Assembly: GCA_951406725.2 (NCBI GenBank) | Contig: OX597838.1 | Span: 31,310,001-31,374,000 of the forward strand | Source of the DNA: Octopus vulgaris | Taxonomy: Eukaryota | Reading direction: 5' to 3' | DNA: 64,000 nt | Part shown: positions 50,801-64,000 of the stretch, in pieces | How positions within the stretch are numbered: position 1 is the stretch's first letter | How the letters are laid out: each line of letters begins with the position of its first letter | The notes under the pieces: generated by a model | What the model was told of the DNA's origin: nothing | The model's input: the letters and a program-made list of their open reading frames with translations, nothing else | Databases searched by the model: none | Translations under genes and position numbers: made by a program

Positions 50801-52118
50801 ATTAACTGTGTCTGTCATAGGCTGAAACAGCTTATCTGTGTTTAAACACTGTCGTATAAACAAGTTTATACATTTTTATAGTCCACATTAACTTCAAAGC
50901 ATAAAATTTGATATTTTAAATGTCTGTGTCATACTCATATCAGATAACTCTTTCGAAACAAAGATAATGAGAAAAAAAGACTATGTTTTTCTAATAAAAT
51001 ATGCATCGAAATACAACAGCAACTGGCAAAAAGTAGGCTGGGTGGGGGTGGGGGTAATTTTGCTATATATCAAATCTTTGGTTAAATGAATATAAATATA
51101 CAATAAGCACTGTTAGATCTATAACCAATCATATTGACATTACAATATGATTAGAAAGCAGTGTAATGTAGCTTATATCAGTGACAAAAGATAGTAAAGA
51201 TCAATCTTATCAAGGTAATATATTATTACAATACACTTGTACAATCCATCAGAATTGCTAGGTATTTGTTATACATTACTGCACCACCAACACCACCACC
51301 AAATTTCAAGATAACAAATTATCAAAATATAATATTTTACATAAAATTATGGAGATTTTTTTTTCTCTCTCTCCTCATTAAAATCCTCTCAGACACCATT
51401 ATTGATAAAGGATAAACTAGAAACCAATATAACCAAATACAAACAGCTCTTAGTGCAGTCAGTCACATAGAGTACAGTGATATATAAACATTTGTAAAGT
51501 GTTTCAGATCGCATTTAAAGAATGACCCAGCTCCAGGACATGCCTCGTTAACATTATCACCAATAGATTACCACCTGCTCCAGCTTCAATTATTTTTCAA
51601 TGCCCACCACAAATACACATGCTGCCCTACAGATATTCAGACCAAACACCAACCAAATCAACAATCACACAAGTTTGGGGAAAGTTCAGAGGCTGGGTCT
51701 TTTCTTCCATAGCTGAATTATTAAATTTCTACCAAATAACTTTAGCTGTGAAATTATGAAACTGTTATGAGTCAACACTAGGGTGGCTATATACACTGCT
51801 ACCATATCAAAAGTGGGGGGAAAAAAGCTTGTTATATTGTTGTGATGGTGATCCTGTGCTGGTGCCATGTGAAAAAACACCCAGTACACTCTATGGAGTG
51901 ATTGGCATTAGGAAGGGCAACCAGCAATAGAAACCATGCCAAAACAGACATGGAACCTGGTGTCACTCTCCAGCTGGTCAACTCCTGTCCAACCTATGCC
52001 AGCATGGAAAATATGTTATATAATGATGATGATCGTCATCATCATCCAGTTGGTCAATCAACTGGACAATGAATTAGTGTGTGAAATAGCTGAGTATCCC
52101 TGACATATGTACCCTTAA

Positions 52119-52335
52119 CCCTTTAGCATTTAAACCAGTCGTATCCGGCCCAAATATTCTACCTGTTCTGCATTCAAACTGGTTGGGTCTAGCCTATCAC
52201 ACCTACCCTACAATATCATTCTAAAAATAAACTACCACATCATAAAAACCCAAAAGCTATGAGATAATACAGGATCAATTTAAAACAATGCAAATAAGCT
52301 TTACATTAGTCAGTATAATCTGAAATGCTAAAGGG
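52119..52335. mobile_element. piggyBac-like MITE family 1 nested in a family B-like SINE
   Basis: TTAA|CCCTTTAGCATTT ... AAATGCTAAAGGG|tcaa; left flank tgtacccTTAA matches the family B body gtacccttaacgtagttctc. Confidence 0.82.
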
Positions 52336-55139
52336 TCAAAGTAATTCCAAAGCAGAATCAGTGACCCACAATGTGTAACAAAGCTGAATGTATGTTTGAA
52401 TTACAGGTACAGTCCATCTATCAGGCTTCAATACAGTTTCCATCTATTTAAATTCACTCATTAGGTTTGGACCAACATGATGCCAAACAAATTTTCGAGT
52501 TGTTTGTGGTCTTGGCATCGATAAATACAAGAAATCCAGTTCACCACCTTCAAGAAGTTTAATAATAAGAATCTAAAGGAACTCGTTTTCATATTTCAAA
52601 AATTAACAAATTCAGCTCTTACGGAATTTATATTTTTTCTTTAAAGATATTTAATTATTCAATTAGAATGTTTTAATATATCCTTTAAAAACATAGAGTA
52701 AAAAGAAAAATATTGTAGTTCAGATATCAGAAAATCAAAAAAGACTTCTTCCCCCCCCCCCTTAAGTATATTGGTAAGTAGAAAAAATAAATACTAGAAG
52801 AGAAGCACCATCCCTGAACGTGAAACAGATAGATTAATTAACGAGAGGTCAACGCTAGCTGTTGGCCATCATTAAATATAACAACCACCGATCATAGAAA
52901 ATAGGCCTCGCAATTTATTTAAACGAATAACAATAATCAATTATTTCAATCTTTTCTAATTCTGTTATTGAAGTGAGGCAGCTTTTGCAGCCATGTCTAG
53001 TAATTTATCAGTTTGACAACACAGCAACGTTGGTGAAAATACAGGCGGAACCTGCTGAAAATATACTGATTTAACAATGCAGCGGGATATCTAGCAAATA
53101 ATCAATAAGTTGGAGAGAGAAAAAAAAAAAGAAAAAAGAAAAAGGAAAAAGGAAATAAATAGCCAACAACAATTATTCTCTCTCATCGTCCCTGCACCCG
53201 ATATCAGTCTATTATTCACTCTCTCCTCGCACCTGCATCCCTGCCCTACTATCAATGTATTGAAATAACAAAGAAATATGTTGTTAGAGAGAGAGAATGA
53301 GAGTGGAGAGCAGTTGTGAACGGCGGAGGAGGAGGAGGAATGAAATAAAACTTTCTCGTTTTCTTTCTTTTTATTTTATAAAGCAATGATGTTGATGCAT
53401 GGAGCTTGAAGAACCTTGATTAAAGATGGTTGTAAACAACAATCCTGTGAATTCTATTAACATTCATCTGGCCCATAGTAAGCCATAAGCCAGCTTTAAT
53501 CAACGGTTGTCATTCAAGAGTGAGCAAACTAAAGAAACAAACCAAACCAGGATTATTGTTCTCTTTCCATTGTTAATAAAATAGCAACTCACTTTCTCTC
53601 CCCCCACCCCCACCCCCGTCTCTCTTCCTCAAACCGTGACAATTCAACTCTTCACAATTTTCACCAATACATTTATTACACAAAAGTAATTTCTATATCT
53701 AACAACTTAAGACAGTTTACTCAGGTAAACTCTCCAAAATGATAAGAACACAGTTAAAATAATTCTTCAGTTTGAAAGTAATTCGATTATCCTGTTCCGG
53801 GAAAGACACTGCATACAAAGCAATTTTCTAACGAACTTGTTGTACATAGTTTATCTCAACTGATTAAATCCTGACACATTTCTCCCCCAGTAACGACATA
53901 CCAAGCTCTCAGTAAATGTATTGCATTAGCCTGGAAATAATCTATACATTTGCAAATGCTCTATAAATTTAAAAACATTAGGATTTATAGATCTTAAGAA
54001 CAAGCAAGCAAGCCAATCAGTTGGTTGGCTTTTGCTTTACCATGCATATGTATCGTTCGAGCAGGTATCGATCAATATTACAAGCCACATGAACCGAAAA
54101 GGACAACTCAGTTTTTCCTTCCAGTGAATTAAAATAGGTAAGAAGACAAGAACTGATCACAGAAATGGTTTGGCGCTGTTGCAACTGTTGCAGTTATTTA
54201 CAAGAGACTAATTCCAGGGCAACGGCAGAAGCATTGAGAACCTCTCTGCCATCAACAACATACAATATTGTTTAATGAGTATCAGAATATTCAAAAGAGA
54301 ACCGGTTTAACTCTTTTTCAAAGACAACACATATGCCTGGACCAAAACATACAAAGAATAATTAATCACAATCTCAATATTTTCAAAGAACTGTTTTATT
54401 TTGCAACAGAAGCCTCAAAAAATATTTTGCGTATTTATTTATTTATTTATTTATTGGTACTTTTATTTAAATTGATTTGTAAGTCTTCTGGACAAAGAAT
54501 TAAATTATCAAATGTGAATCTGTTTTAGTAGCTATAAGTTGTGTTAAAATCATTTTTAAATATATAACTTTAAAAATAATAAAAAAACCCAGAAGTCATG
54601 AAATAATGGTAATTATTGTTAGACTTGGAAGAATTTCAAATCTGAACATTTGACAAACCATAAAAGACTACAATTCGAGCCTTCAGTCAGTTGTAAAGTA
54701 TTTTCTCTTTTATTGTAAACTAATGAGGACAATGGAGAATTAAAAAAAAAAAAAAAAGGAAAAAGGAAAAAGTCGAAGATTTTTTTAAATGGATATAAAT
54801 CATCCTCCATTTATGCACTGCAATTAAATTTTTCAATTATCTTACGAGGCAAACATGATTCAAGAACATTATTGATGTAATAGAGCAGTGCATAGTGTTT
54901 TTTTGAATATTTTAATTAAACCAGCACAACTATAATAAACATGCTGTTTGAATTGTATTAGATTTACTAAACAAGTTTAATACAAAGCCTTTATATTATT
55001 ATATAAGTAACGACAAGGACTTAGAGCTCTGTTGTCGCTATTATCAATTTCATGCATGTTTGCACAGTTGGAGAGAATGAGCAATAATTGAAACCAATAT
55101 TTATGATTTGGTATCCTTAAGTTGAATAATGTTTACATG

Positions 55140-55174
<35 letters not shown>

Positions 55175-57499
55175 TATCCTCCAAGTGCCTCTCACAGTAG
55201 AGCTAACTGTATAAAGCTACATAGTAATGTTATCAGTTCAACACAATAACAATAGTAAATATTGAATACAGTCAGTCAACTGACAGTTATATAACCTGGC
55301 TGAACTTTACACAGCCTTTGCTCTTGTTGGCTTTTCTCATCGTATCAACAACCATTCACTTAAATCTCACTCACAACTATGTTGCTTCAGTTAAGATTTC
55401 CCTAAACAATTTTTAATATCCTTACACATTAGTCTAATATATGATTCATATTTAGCTTCCCCCTGAACATACATACCTAATACAGAATAACAAATCATCT
55501 AATCAGATAATACTCCCCTGTTACAGTAAATAATTTGAAACAATCTTTTGACAACATCTCCGATTACAATTTTATAAATAATAACAGTGAAAATAAATTA
55601 GGAGAAATATCTTCTTTAACCTCACCACCACCACTGCTAACTACTTTCTGTTGTATTTCAACGTGTCTCTTTGTAGTGTGTGTGCAGCGTCTAGTGATAC
55701 TGTAGGTGATAGTGCTAGAATTTAGCCAATGTATTTGGCTAAATCATTCTCAAGACACCTATTAGTATAGGGATCATTTCTGTTCTCGCATGCACACATA
55801 AGTGAGGGGTGAATAGGAGGACAATGGTGTATCTACCTATGTACAACTCCTAGGATTTGGGACCACTGAGCGAAGGTAAATATTTCAACAAACTGAACAC
55901 TTGGTTACAATTCCCAGATGAGTTAAATTCATTTAGTGTTCAATTTTTGTTTTTGATTTTTTAATAAGAAAGCTTTGAACATCAAGCACAACTTACCATT
56001 CTTCACTCACTCCTTTAGATCAGGTTTATGATGCATGAGGAAGCGGGCAGAATCATTTAAAACACTGGCAAAAAATGCTTTAAGGTATTTGTGTTCTGGC
56101 ACTTTGCATTTGAGTTCAAATCATTAGTATACCAAAATGCTTGGCAATACTTCTGCTGGCTCTTAATGTTGAGTTCAAATCCCACTAATGTTAACTTTGT
56201 CTTTTATCCTTTGAAGGCTGACAAGAGAAAGCCATCCCAAAAAAACTCAGTCACCAACATGACTTCAGACTCATTGATGTGTTGCTTCTCTCTTTCTCTG
56301 CATATTCTACCGTTACCACAATGACCTCTGCACTTAATGCACGCCACCTCTGTCTAAGTATCTTCACCCATACTACCATCTCCCTGCTGAGAACATCATA
56401 CAGAACTAACCAAATCCAATATCTCTTGGGTCTTGGAGAATTTGCTACAGACATGTGTGCTGCATCTTTTTCATTAAACCACTGAAACTATCAATCACCA
56501 TCTATTTGTGCAGCAAGGTATTTAGGGTCAGATACCCTTCCTGATGCCAACCCTCACCTGTTTCCATGTGAGGTAATGCTTACCGTCCTATCTATCATAG
56601 GAAGCACAAGCAATTTCACATACATCCACAACAGAACTTCCGCCTACCAAATTCACTCACAAGGGTTTGTCCAGCCCTTGGCTACAGAAGAAGACTTGCC
56701 CCAAAGTGCCACAAAGTGGGACTGAATATGAAATCATGTGGCTGAGAGAAACATCAATGCAGGTTAAATGTCATGAGTAAAATGTCAGGAGAATTTCAAT
56801 ACTCCTGTGGTGGTTTACAGTAACCTATGGTGGTTCCAATCCAAGCAGGGCAATCTGTGAACTAGACACACATTAATCTGGAGGTGGTTATGTTCAACAA
56901 ATTTAATAAATTGAATGCTTACTCATACAGAGTGAAAACAATTAAAAAATTGGTTTTAACAAGGACTTGAAGATTTCACATGACAGCTTATTCAACCAGT
57001 GGTTGGTCCAGTAACCCATCAGGTGAAACTTACACACATACACACACATTTTAAGAAGGCAGGTGACACCTTTCATACTGTACAGCTTTAACAAGAAACC
57101 AGCTATAAACTTTATTTTTTGCTGCTTCACCTGATAAATGTTATTTAAAAGATTAAATTTCACTCGTATAATGTAATCTGGTTGGAGAGATTTTTTAAAA
57201 AAAACAAGAAAAATTGCAAAATTCAATGAGAGAAGACAAAAATATTGAAACATAATAAAATAAACAAAAAGAAGTCTCTCCAATATATCACAATCAATGT
57301 AGTAACATTAAGTAAATTGTATAAATATGTTGTTTTTCAAACTAGAGTAATTAAATCTGTCATAGCAAGCTCTAACGACCTGAAAATGTTTTCCATTTAC
57401 AACAAAAGGAACAAATAAACATGTATATACATATATATGTATATACATAATATACATATATGTATATACATACAGAGCATAAAGTTGCAACAGGAACCA

Positions 57500-57562
<63 letters not shown>

Positions 57563-59300
57563 TATATGTGCGTGTGTATGTAAATATATGTATAACTCAA
57601 AGTGGAATCATTCCATATAAGTAAGTGTTCATTAACAGACTGTTTTATAGCTTTAATTCCAGTCAGACGGGCTATAAACATTAATTATTTTCTAATTCTT
57701 TATAAATATATAATTAAAGGGGGAAACTGCTTCAAATTATTTGGAGCTAGTTTTCACTCAAACTTCATTAAATGAGCAACATTTCAATAAGATTAATCAC
57801 TTTATTCCTAAGAGATAGCCTACTTCATTTAACTGTATAATAGAAACATAAAGAAATAAAAGATGAGCTGCATCCTCCTCTTCATTGAAATACGTTACAT
57901 TTAATGAGTGAGTGTGTGTGTGTGAGAGAGTGTGTGTGTGTGTGTGTGTGTGAGGGGCTTTCCCTTATCACCAATTTAATCCCTGACGCCTTCAAACTAA
58001 ACATCTTTTGTTGAGCCTGTTTTTAATAAGGCATATTTACACTCATGTTTAGCACTGGATTTTTTTCATTCAAGTAGTTAAGGCCAAAGCATATTTCAAA
58101 CAGACACACACACACACATAAATCTATATGCGTGCGTGTGTGTGTATATCAGTCATGGACTGCATGAGACATGGTTCATCACCAGGCAGGCTATATTGCT
58201 AAAAAAAAATTCAAGGTAATTTTTCATTAGGTGTGACATTTAGAAAGTCCACGGGTCACAGTCCGCCCGTAAATGGTTTATATTTACACATGTCTAAAAC
58301 TGGTATTGTTCACATTGTGCCTGTCTACATCCCATAACTTAGCAGTTCAACAAATAGGGAAGAATAAAACAAAATAGCAGGCCTGAAATTAGAGCTGTGG
58401 GTGGTTCCACAGCATCACTACAATCCACTGATGGACACCAGTAAAACAAGAACGAGAAGCCTGTGTGCACACATGCATGTGTAATTTCCCGGCCATTGAA
58501 GAAGTGAAGGCCATCATGGTTGCATATCGTAACAATACCAAGATAAACACCGACATGAAGACGGCAAATTTAGAAGCAAAGAAATGAGGTTATTATTTTC
58601 AAAAGATCCATAAAATAACCTGCTTGGAAAAGATTCTGTTGACCAAAATATCTATAAACTTTCCATCACCAAATGATAACAATTGTTATAGTCCTTTAAG
58701 GATCTGTTTGGGATGGCTGTGCAGTGAGGAAGCTCGTTTTGCAACCATGTGGTTTCAAGTTCACTTCCCCAGTGCAACATCTTGGACAAGTGTCCTCTAC
58801 TTTGGCCCTTGGGTGACCAATGCCTTTCTGAGTGAATTTGGTGAATGGCAACTGTGCGTGTGTGTGCGTGCGTGCGCGCGCGTGCGCAGTGTGTGTGTGT
58901 TCATTTAATTTCATACGCAACATCCATAAAATCTTTCAGTTGATAGTTTTACTCTGCGTAAGTTTATTTTCTGTGAAAATAATATTTGATTTTTTTGAAA
59001 TCACTTCCACCCACAAACACTTACACCACCACCAGGGCAAATTTGAATTTATTAAGAATTTTTTTGCAAATCATTCATTTTATCACAACCTACATCAGCG
59101 TTTATACCCATGGCCCGCTTTTGTTGTTGTTGTTGTTGCTGTTGCTGTGGTGGTGGTGAGAAGCTTTCCAGCTTGCTAGTATGAGGCAACACAAAGTTGA
59201 TCGCAGAAAGCGTTTTAATTCCAGGTATGTTAAACCTTACATGTGACCAACATAGACCCTAAATGCCAACACAAAAGCATATTGGGCACTTTGCACAGTG

Positions 59301-59340
<40 letters not shown>

Positions 59341-60715
59341 ACATACATGCCTCTGGTGTTTTCTGCATGAATGCAAAGCATGCAATGCATACCTAACATA
59401 AATAGAAGTGAAAGCAATTAACAAATCAGAATTTATTAGAGAGCTTTCATTTCTATCTGAGAAACAGGGGACATACAAACATTCTAGTATATATCCTATG
59501 GATTCAATATGGTTTTGACTTTTAAAATTCCATGTTTATGTACCAGCAGTTATCCTTAATAGTGTGTGTGTGTGTGTGTGCACACACAGACACACACACT
59601 TTCAATTCTACTAGACTGTATACTGCAAAATCATGTAACGTTTTAAAACACCTAGACATTTAACTCCAAGCCAAAATATACATATATTTATATTCATCAA
59701 TTTCTTGCCTGCTATAAAAATTTGGTCTAATTATAATAAAATTCCCATAACAAACTCTATACAATTAAGTGGAACTAACCGTATGTATGTAAAACCATAA
59801 GCAGAGCAATAGGTGCAGGCATGGCTGTGTGGTCATACTTATTGGTAATGGTGTAGAAGTAGAGAGAGAGAGGGTGTGTGTGTGTGAGTGTGTTTTTTTG
59901 GGGGGGAGTCCTGATTTGTTTATGTCCACAGTTTCAGCAAAAGGAACTGATAGGATAAGTTTGTACATAAGAAAAAAAAAAAAAAAACAAGCATTGGGGT
60001 TAATTTGTTTGACCAAACCCTTCTTAACAGTGCCCCAACACAACCAAATTCCAATGACTGAAACAAGTAAGGAACAAAAAGATGCCCATGGAGAGACAAC
60101 ACAATGATGTGTTTTCAAACCCAACAATCACACAGCAAATAATGCTTTGGAGAAATCTCACTTCCTCTCTCATCCAACCACATCTCTTTATGGTAACATT
60201 GTTTTTTATAAAATAAAAATTTAAAACAAAAGGAACCCAATACATTAACACATGGATTCCTTACTATTCAAAACAGATTTGATTTTTTTTTTTATTTTCT
60301 TCAACACCAAAATTAATGAAACCCTCCCTCTCAATTATCTGTTTCTAAAACAGAACAGCTAAAAACTTTTATCTACAATAAAATCCCCTAGAAATAAATA
60401 TATTCAATATATACACCAATTCCTGTTTTTTTTTTTAACAATAAATATTTGCTTTCATCTTCAATGTGTCGTTTGAACCTACCATCAATACATCCATAAA
60501 ACCCCACACCTTTAATAAGTAATAACTATTGTAACAACCACACTTCGTGAGCTTTGGCCTTCAATGACTAAACTCATTCATAAACCAGGTACAAAATGAC
60601 AATAATACAAACACTTCATAGTTATTTCACAGACAAACTGTTACATTTGAACTACAATATTATTATATCGTGGTGATGGTAAAGAAATGTTCATAGAAAT
60701 AAAGATTGACTTGCT

Positions 60716-60763
<48 letters not shown>

Positions 60764-61146
60764 GGTGTGAGGTGGTTAAGAAGCTCACCTTGCGACCATG
60801 TGATTTTGTGTTCAATCCCACTGCATTGCACCTTAGGTAATTGTCTTGTATTATTATGGCCCTGGGCCAATAAATGCTTTGTGAGTGAATTTGGTAGACA
60901 GAAAACTATGTGCAAGTCTATCGTGTGTGTGTGTGTGTACACGTGCGTGCGCACATATACCCCTCCTCCAGTACTTTACAATTACTGCTGGTTTGCTTAC
61001 ATCCATGTCACTTAGCAGTTCAGCAAAAGAGATCAACAGAATAAGTAGCAGGTTTAAAAAGTAAGTACTGAGGTTGATTTGTTCCACTAAACCCTTCAAG
61101 ACAGTGCCCCAGCATGGCTGCAGTCCAGTGAGTGAAACAAGATATA
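60764..61146 (+). mobile_element. tRNA-headed SINE (family D), near full length
   Basis: ggtggttaagaagctc...gttcaatcccactgc head, internal (GT)n, then a gcttacatccatgtcacttagcagttcagcaaaag...ccccagcatggctgcag body shared with the 1590-1943 copy. Confidence 0.7.
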
Positions 61147-61459
61147 AAACACACACACACAAAAGAAAGGGAAACCAAAATAGCAGGCATCAGTAGGAGA
61201 GGTGGCACAGTTGGTAAACTGAAGCCAATATAAAAATGCTGGATTTCTTTCTAAGCCACGCTGCTACCATTGAAGATATTTAACATCTGTAAAACGGGGA
61301 AGGTGTGTGGAGAGAGAGAGGTCTGTATTGTCAGGTCATATAAATATATATATATACACTACTGTATGCTAATCAGCAGCTCAAATTGTAAACTACTATT
61401 CAGTTTTAACTGCAAAGTAACCTAACACCTTGTAATGGTACTAAATTCTGCAGAATGTG

Positions 61460-61496
<37 letters not shown>

Positions 61497-62382
61497 TGCC
61501 TTAACCACTTATTGTTTTAGGATTATTCCAGCAAATGACATGTCTAAAAATACAAGCTTAAAAAGTCAGCAGGTCTCTCATTCTCTTTCAATATGTATGT
61601 ATACACACACACACACACGAGTGTGAGGGAGGGAGATTTTTAAAATATGCAAAGAATTAAAGGAAAAAAAAAAACACAATTAGGTAAGTTTTAACATCTC
61701 CAGTAACATTTCTCTGAACTGAAAATTTTTTAAACAAGAAAGTAACTTAGAACAATGTGGTCCAAAGCGATTAAAAGTAGATATAAAGAATTAAGTTACA
61801 TAAACACAGAGACAGACGGACAGGCAGGCCAGCAGACAGACGGACAGATTGGAATATTATCTACAATTTAAGTTTATAAATAAATAATCCAAAACACAAA
61901 TAGCAGCGAATCAATTCTACTGCTTGGTGATGGTGAAGGTGAGGGTGGGTGGGTATGAAAGCAGATGCAGTCTCTAAATAAAGTGGTTCCAAGAATAGAA
62001 CAGGTTTTGGTTTATGAGAAGCCTCCGTGGCTGAATGAATGGGGGTACAGAGTTCATATCAGGCTATTGGTGGTATGGATGAGAGACAAATCACTCTCAG
62101 CCCTTCTCCCATAAATGGTGGAGGGTTGGTAAGGGCACTGTGGTCTGCAGTACAAACCGTTACACTCTTACCCATCTCCCAACAACAATGAACCCTTTAT
62201 CAAGATCACAAGGTCAAAGATATTGAGCTAAAACAGACCCCCCTCAAACTGGGTGGTACATGGAGAGAAGGGACAAGCTGTAGCTGTACAGGAGTGTTGG
62301 AGGTATTTAAAAACTTTTTTTCATTTAAACCCTAGGACTCATAAGACCAGTTACTCAATTTCCAGGTCACTGGTCTATTTAA

Positions 62383-62602
62383 CCCTTTAGCATTTAAACC
62401 AGCCATATCGGCCAAAGGTATTCTGCCTGTTTTATGTTCAAACTGGCCAGATCTGGTCTCTCACACCAACCCTACAATATCGTTTTAAAAATTAACAGCT
62501 ACCTCATCAAAATCTCATGGCTACAAGATAATGCCTGATTAGTTCAAAACAATGTGGATAAAGAAGCATTAATTTTGGCAGAATAATGCGAACACTAAAG
62601 GG
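62383..62602. mobile_element. piggyBac-like MITE family 1
   Basis: TTAA|CCCTTTAG ... CTAAAGGG; nearly identical, inverted, to 23930-24150. Confidence 0.88.
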
Positions 62603-64000
62603 TATTTAAGGCAGCAATTTTGAGCAGTGGACAAGTCAATAACATCAAGCCCAGAACTTGTAATTTATTTTATCAATCCAGAAGAGAAAGGCAAAGCTGA
62701 CCTCAGTAGGGTTTGAACACAGAATATAGAGAGTCAGAAGAAACACTGCTAAGTACCTTGTCCAACGTGCTAATAATTCTGCCAACTCATTGTACGAGAA
62801 TTTTGCTATTTAGATATTAACTTTTTATAAAAAGATTAAGCTTAATATCATGACAAACTGCGTGTTATCCAGAGTTAGAACAGTAACCTACTTTTAGTTT
62901 AAGCTATGTACTAAGGGTTGGGTCAATAACTCAGGTCAAGTAGTAACATATTAAATATTCGCTTATAGTAAGATGGTGCTGTGGTAAGTAGTTGCCCGTG
63001 TCGAACTAGTACCCGGAACTAAATTACTCTGACCTGATATTAGCATGTGAATAAACATTAAAAATTGAGGATGAAGAGTGAGTCATAGTGAGAGGGTGTC
63101 GGAGAAGTCTTAATAAAAAGAGCAATAGTTAGAAAAGTTTGAGAAGTATTGGACTCTTGAAAGCTTAAGTTTGTAAAAGGAACTTAGTAAAAATTACCAA
63201 TAGTTATTTCAACTGCGCACACACATACAAGATATAAAAGGCCATAAATTGATAAAATCAGAAAAGTGTACGATGAAGCACCAAACTAGATTGTTTCCAC
63301 ATACACTAATACAACTAAATTAACATAATAATGTTAGGCCAGTATAAGAAATATTTTGAAAAGGATTACAAAAGCAGAAACATAGATTGTATGTAATAAA
63401 CCATTAAATCGATCATTTCTGAAGAATACGCACACAATCTCCTTAGCCAATGATGAAGTCACTGACTTCACCCAATCTGCTAGAAGTAGCAGCTGAATTT
63501 CCTTCAAGTCACATGTCATATTCAACAAGACTTACACAGTAGATAGTGTAATCCTAGCCAGATTATGTCTGTGGCTAGATAGTCTATTGACTCTTGATCT
63601 GTTTGATTGTGGTTGAGTTGGAACTAAACAAGATCCCTTACTTTTAACACGCCAGCCTCTCTCCTACATTACAACGAATTTGATTACTGCAACAAGTATT
63701 CCAAGGTCCTCTGTAACCATTTAAAGCCAAGACAGAACTTCTATCTACAGGGTCTTAAAATGCTAGAAATAGCAGCCAAATCTCTCTCTCTCTCTCTCAT
63801 ATCACCACTTCTTAATTAAAAAGATTAATCGATAAGTTTGATAAAGAAATAGCTGGAATATCTCTGGGTATAGATTTGCTTCATCATAGCTGACCTAGGA
63901 TTAAACAATTCCATTAGTTTCTCCACCACACACACATACGCCCTGGATGAGGCAATAAAACAAACAGGTCAATTATTCAAACTTGCCCAAGCATCATCAT

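Noticed and set aside
57600-57680. Minus-strand ORF fragment ARLTGIKAIKQ resembling MED13 exon 2 (ADLTGIKW)
   Set aside because: It lacks the conserved W and all downstream motifs (DPIL, WRR, ELWIFWWG) and runs into a TA microsatellite; probably chance.

Overview
AT-rich, microsatellite- and SINE-dense eukaryotic DNA; the repeat families and microsatellite load suggest a coleoid cephalopod, probably Octopus (inference). The whole window appears to lie inside one large minus-strand gene, Mediator kinase-module subunit MED13 (skuld/MED13-like). Six internal coding exons with GT-AG boundaries and matching phases can be spliced by eye: 40585-40505, 40121-39976, 39825-39643, 24630-24285, 23147-23064 and 19335-18232 (1944 nt, 648 codons). 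They encode the N-terminal region, the LTPPTSP Fbw7 degron and a low-complexity exon with 43 consecutive Gln. No upstream or downstream exons were recognised, so the flanking introns appear to be >23 kb and >18 kb. The introns carry tRNA-derived SINEs (some with clean TSDs), two TTAA-flanked piggyBac-like MITE families, hAT-like MITEs, an RTE LINE remnant and a Penelope-like remnant. Most notable observations: a ~220-bp inverted duplication of mostly unique sequence whose mismatches are mainly A-C in the MED13 pre-mRNA (candidate ADAR substrate); a degenerate 4x ~63-bp duplication of an exon/splice-donor junction that leaves an intact decoy donor 191 nt downstream; a 70-nt pre-miRNA-like hairpin; and inverted young SINE pairs bracketing three exons (circRNA/editing potential). 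I see no clear new protein-coding system; the functional interpretations are hypotheses.
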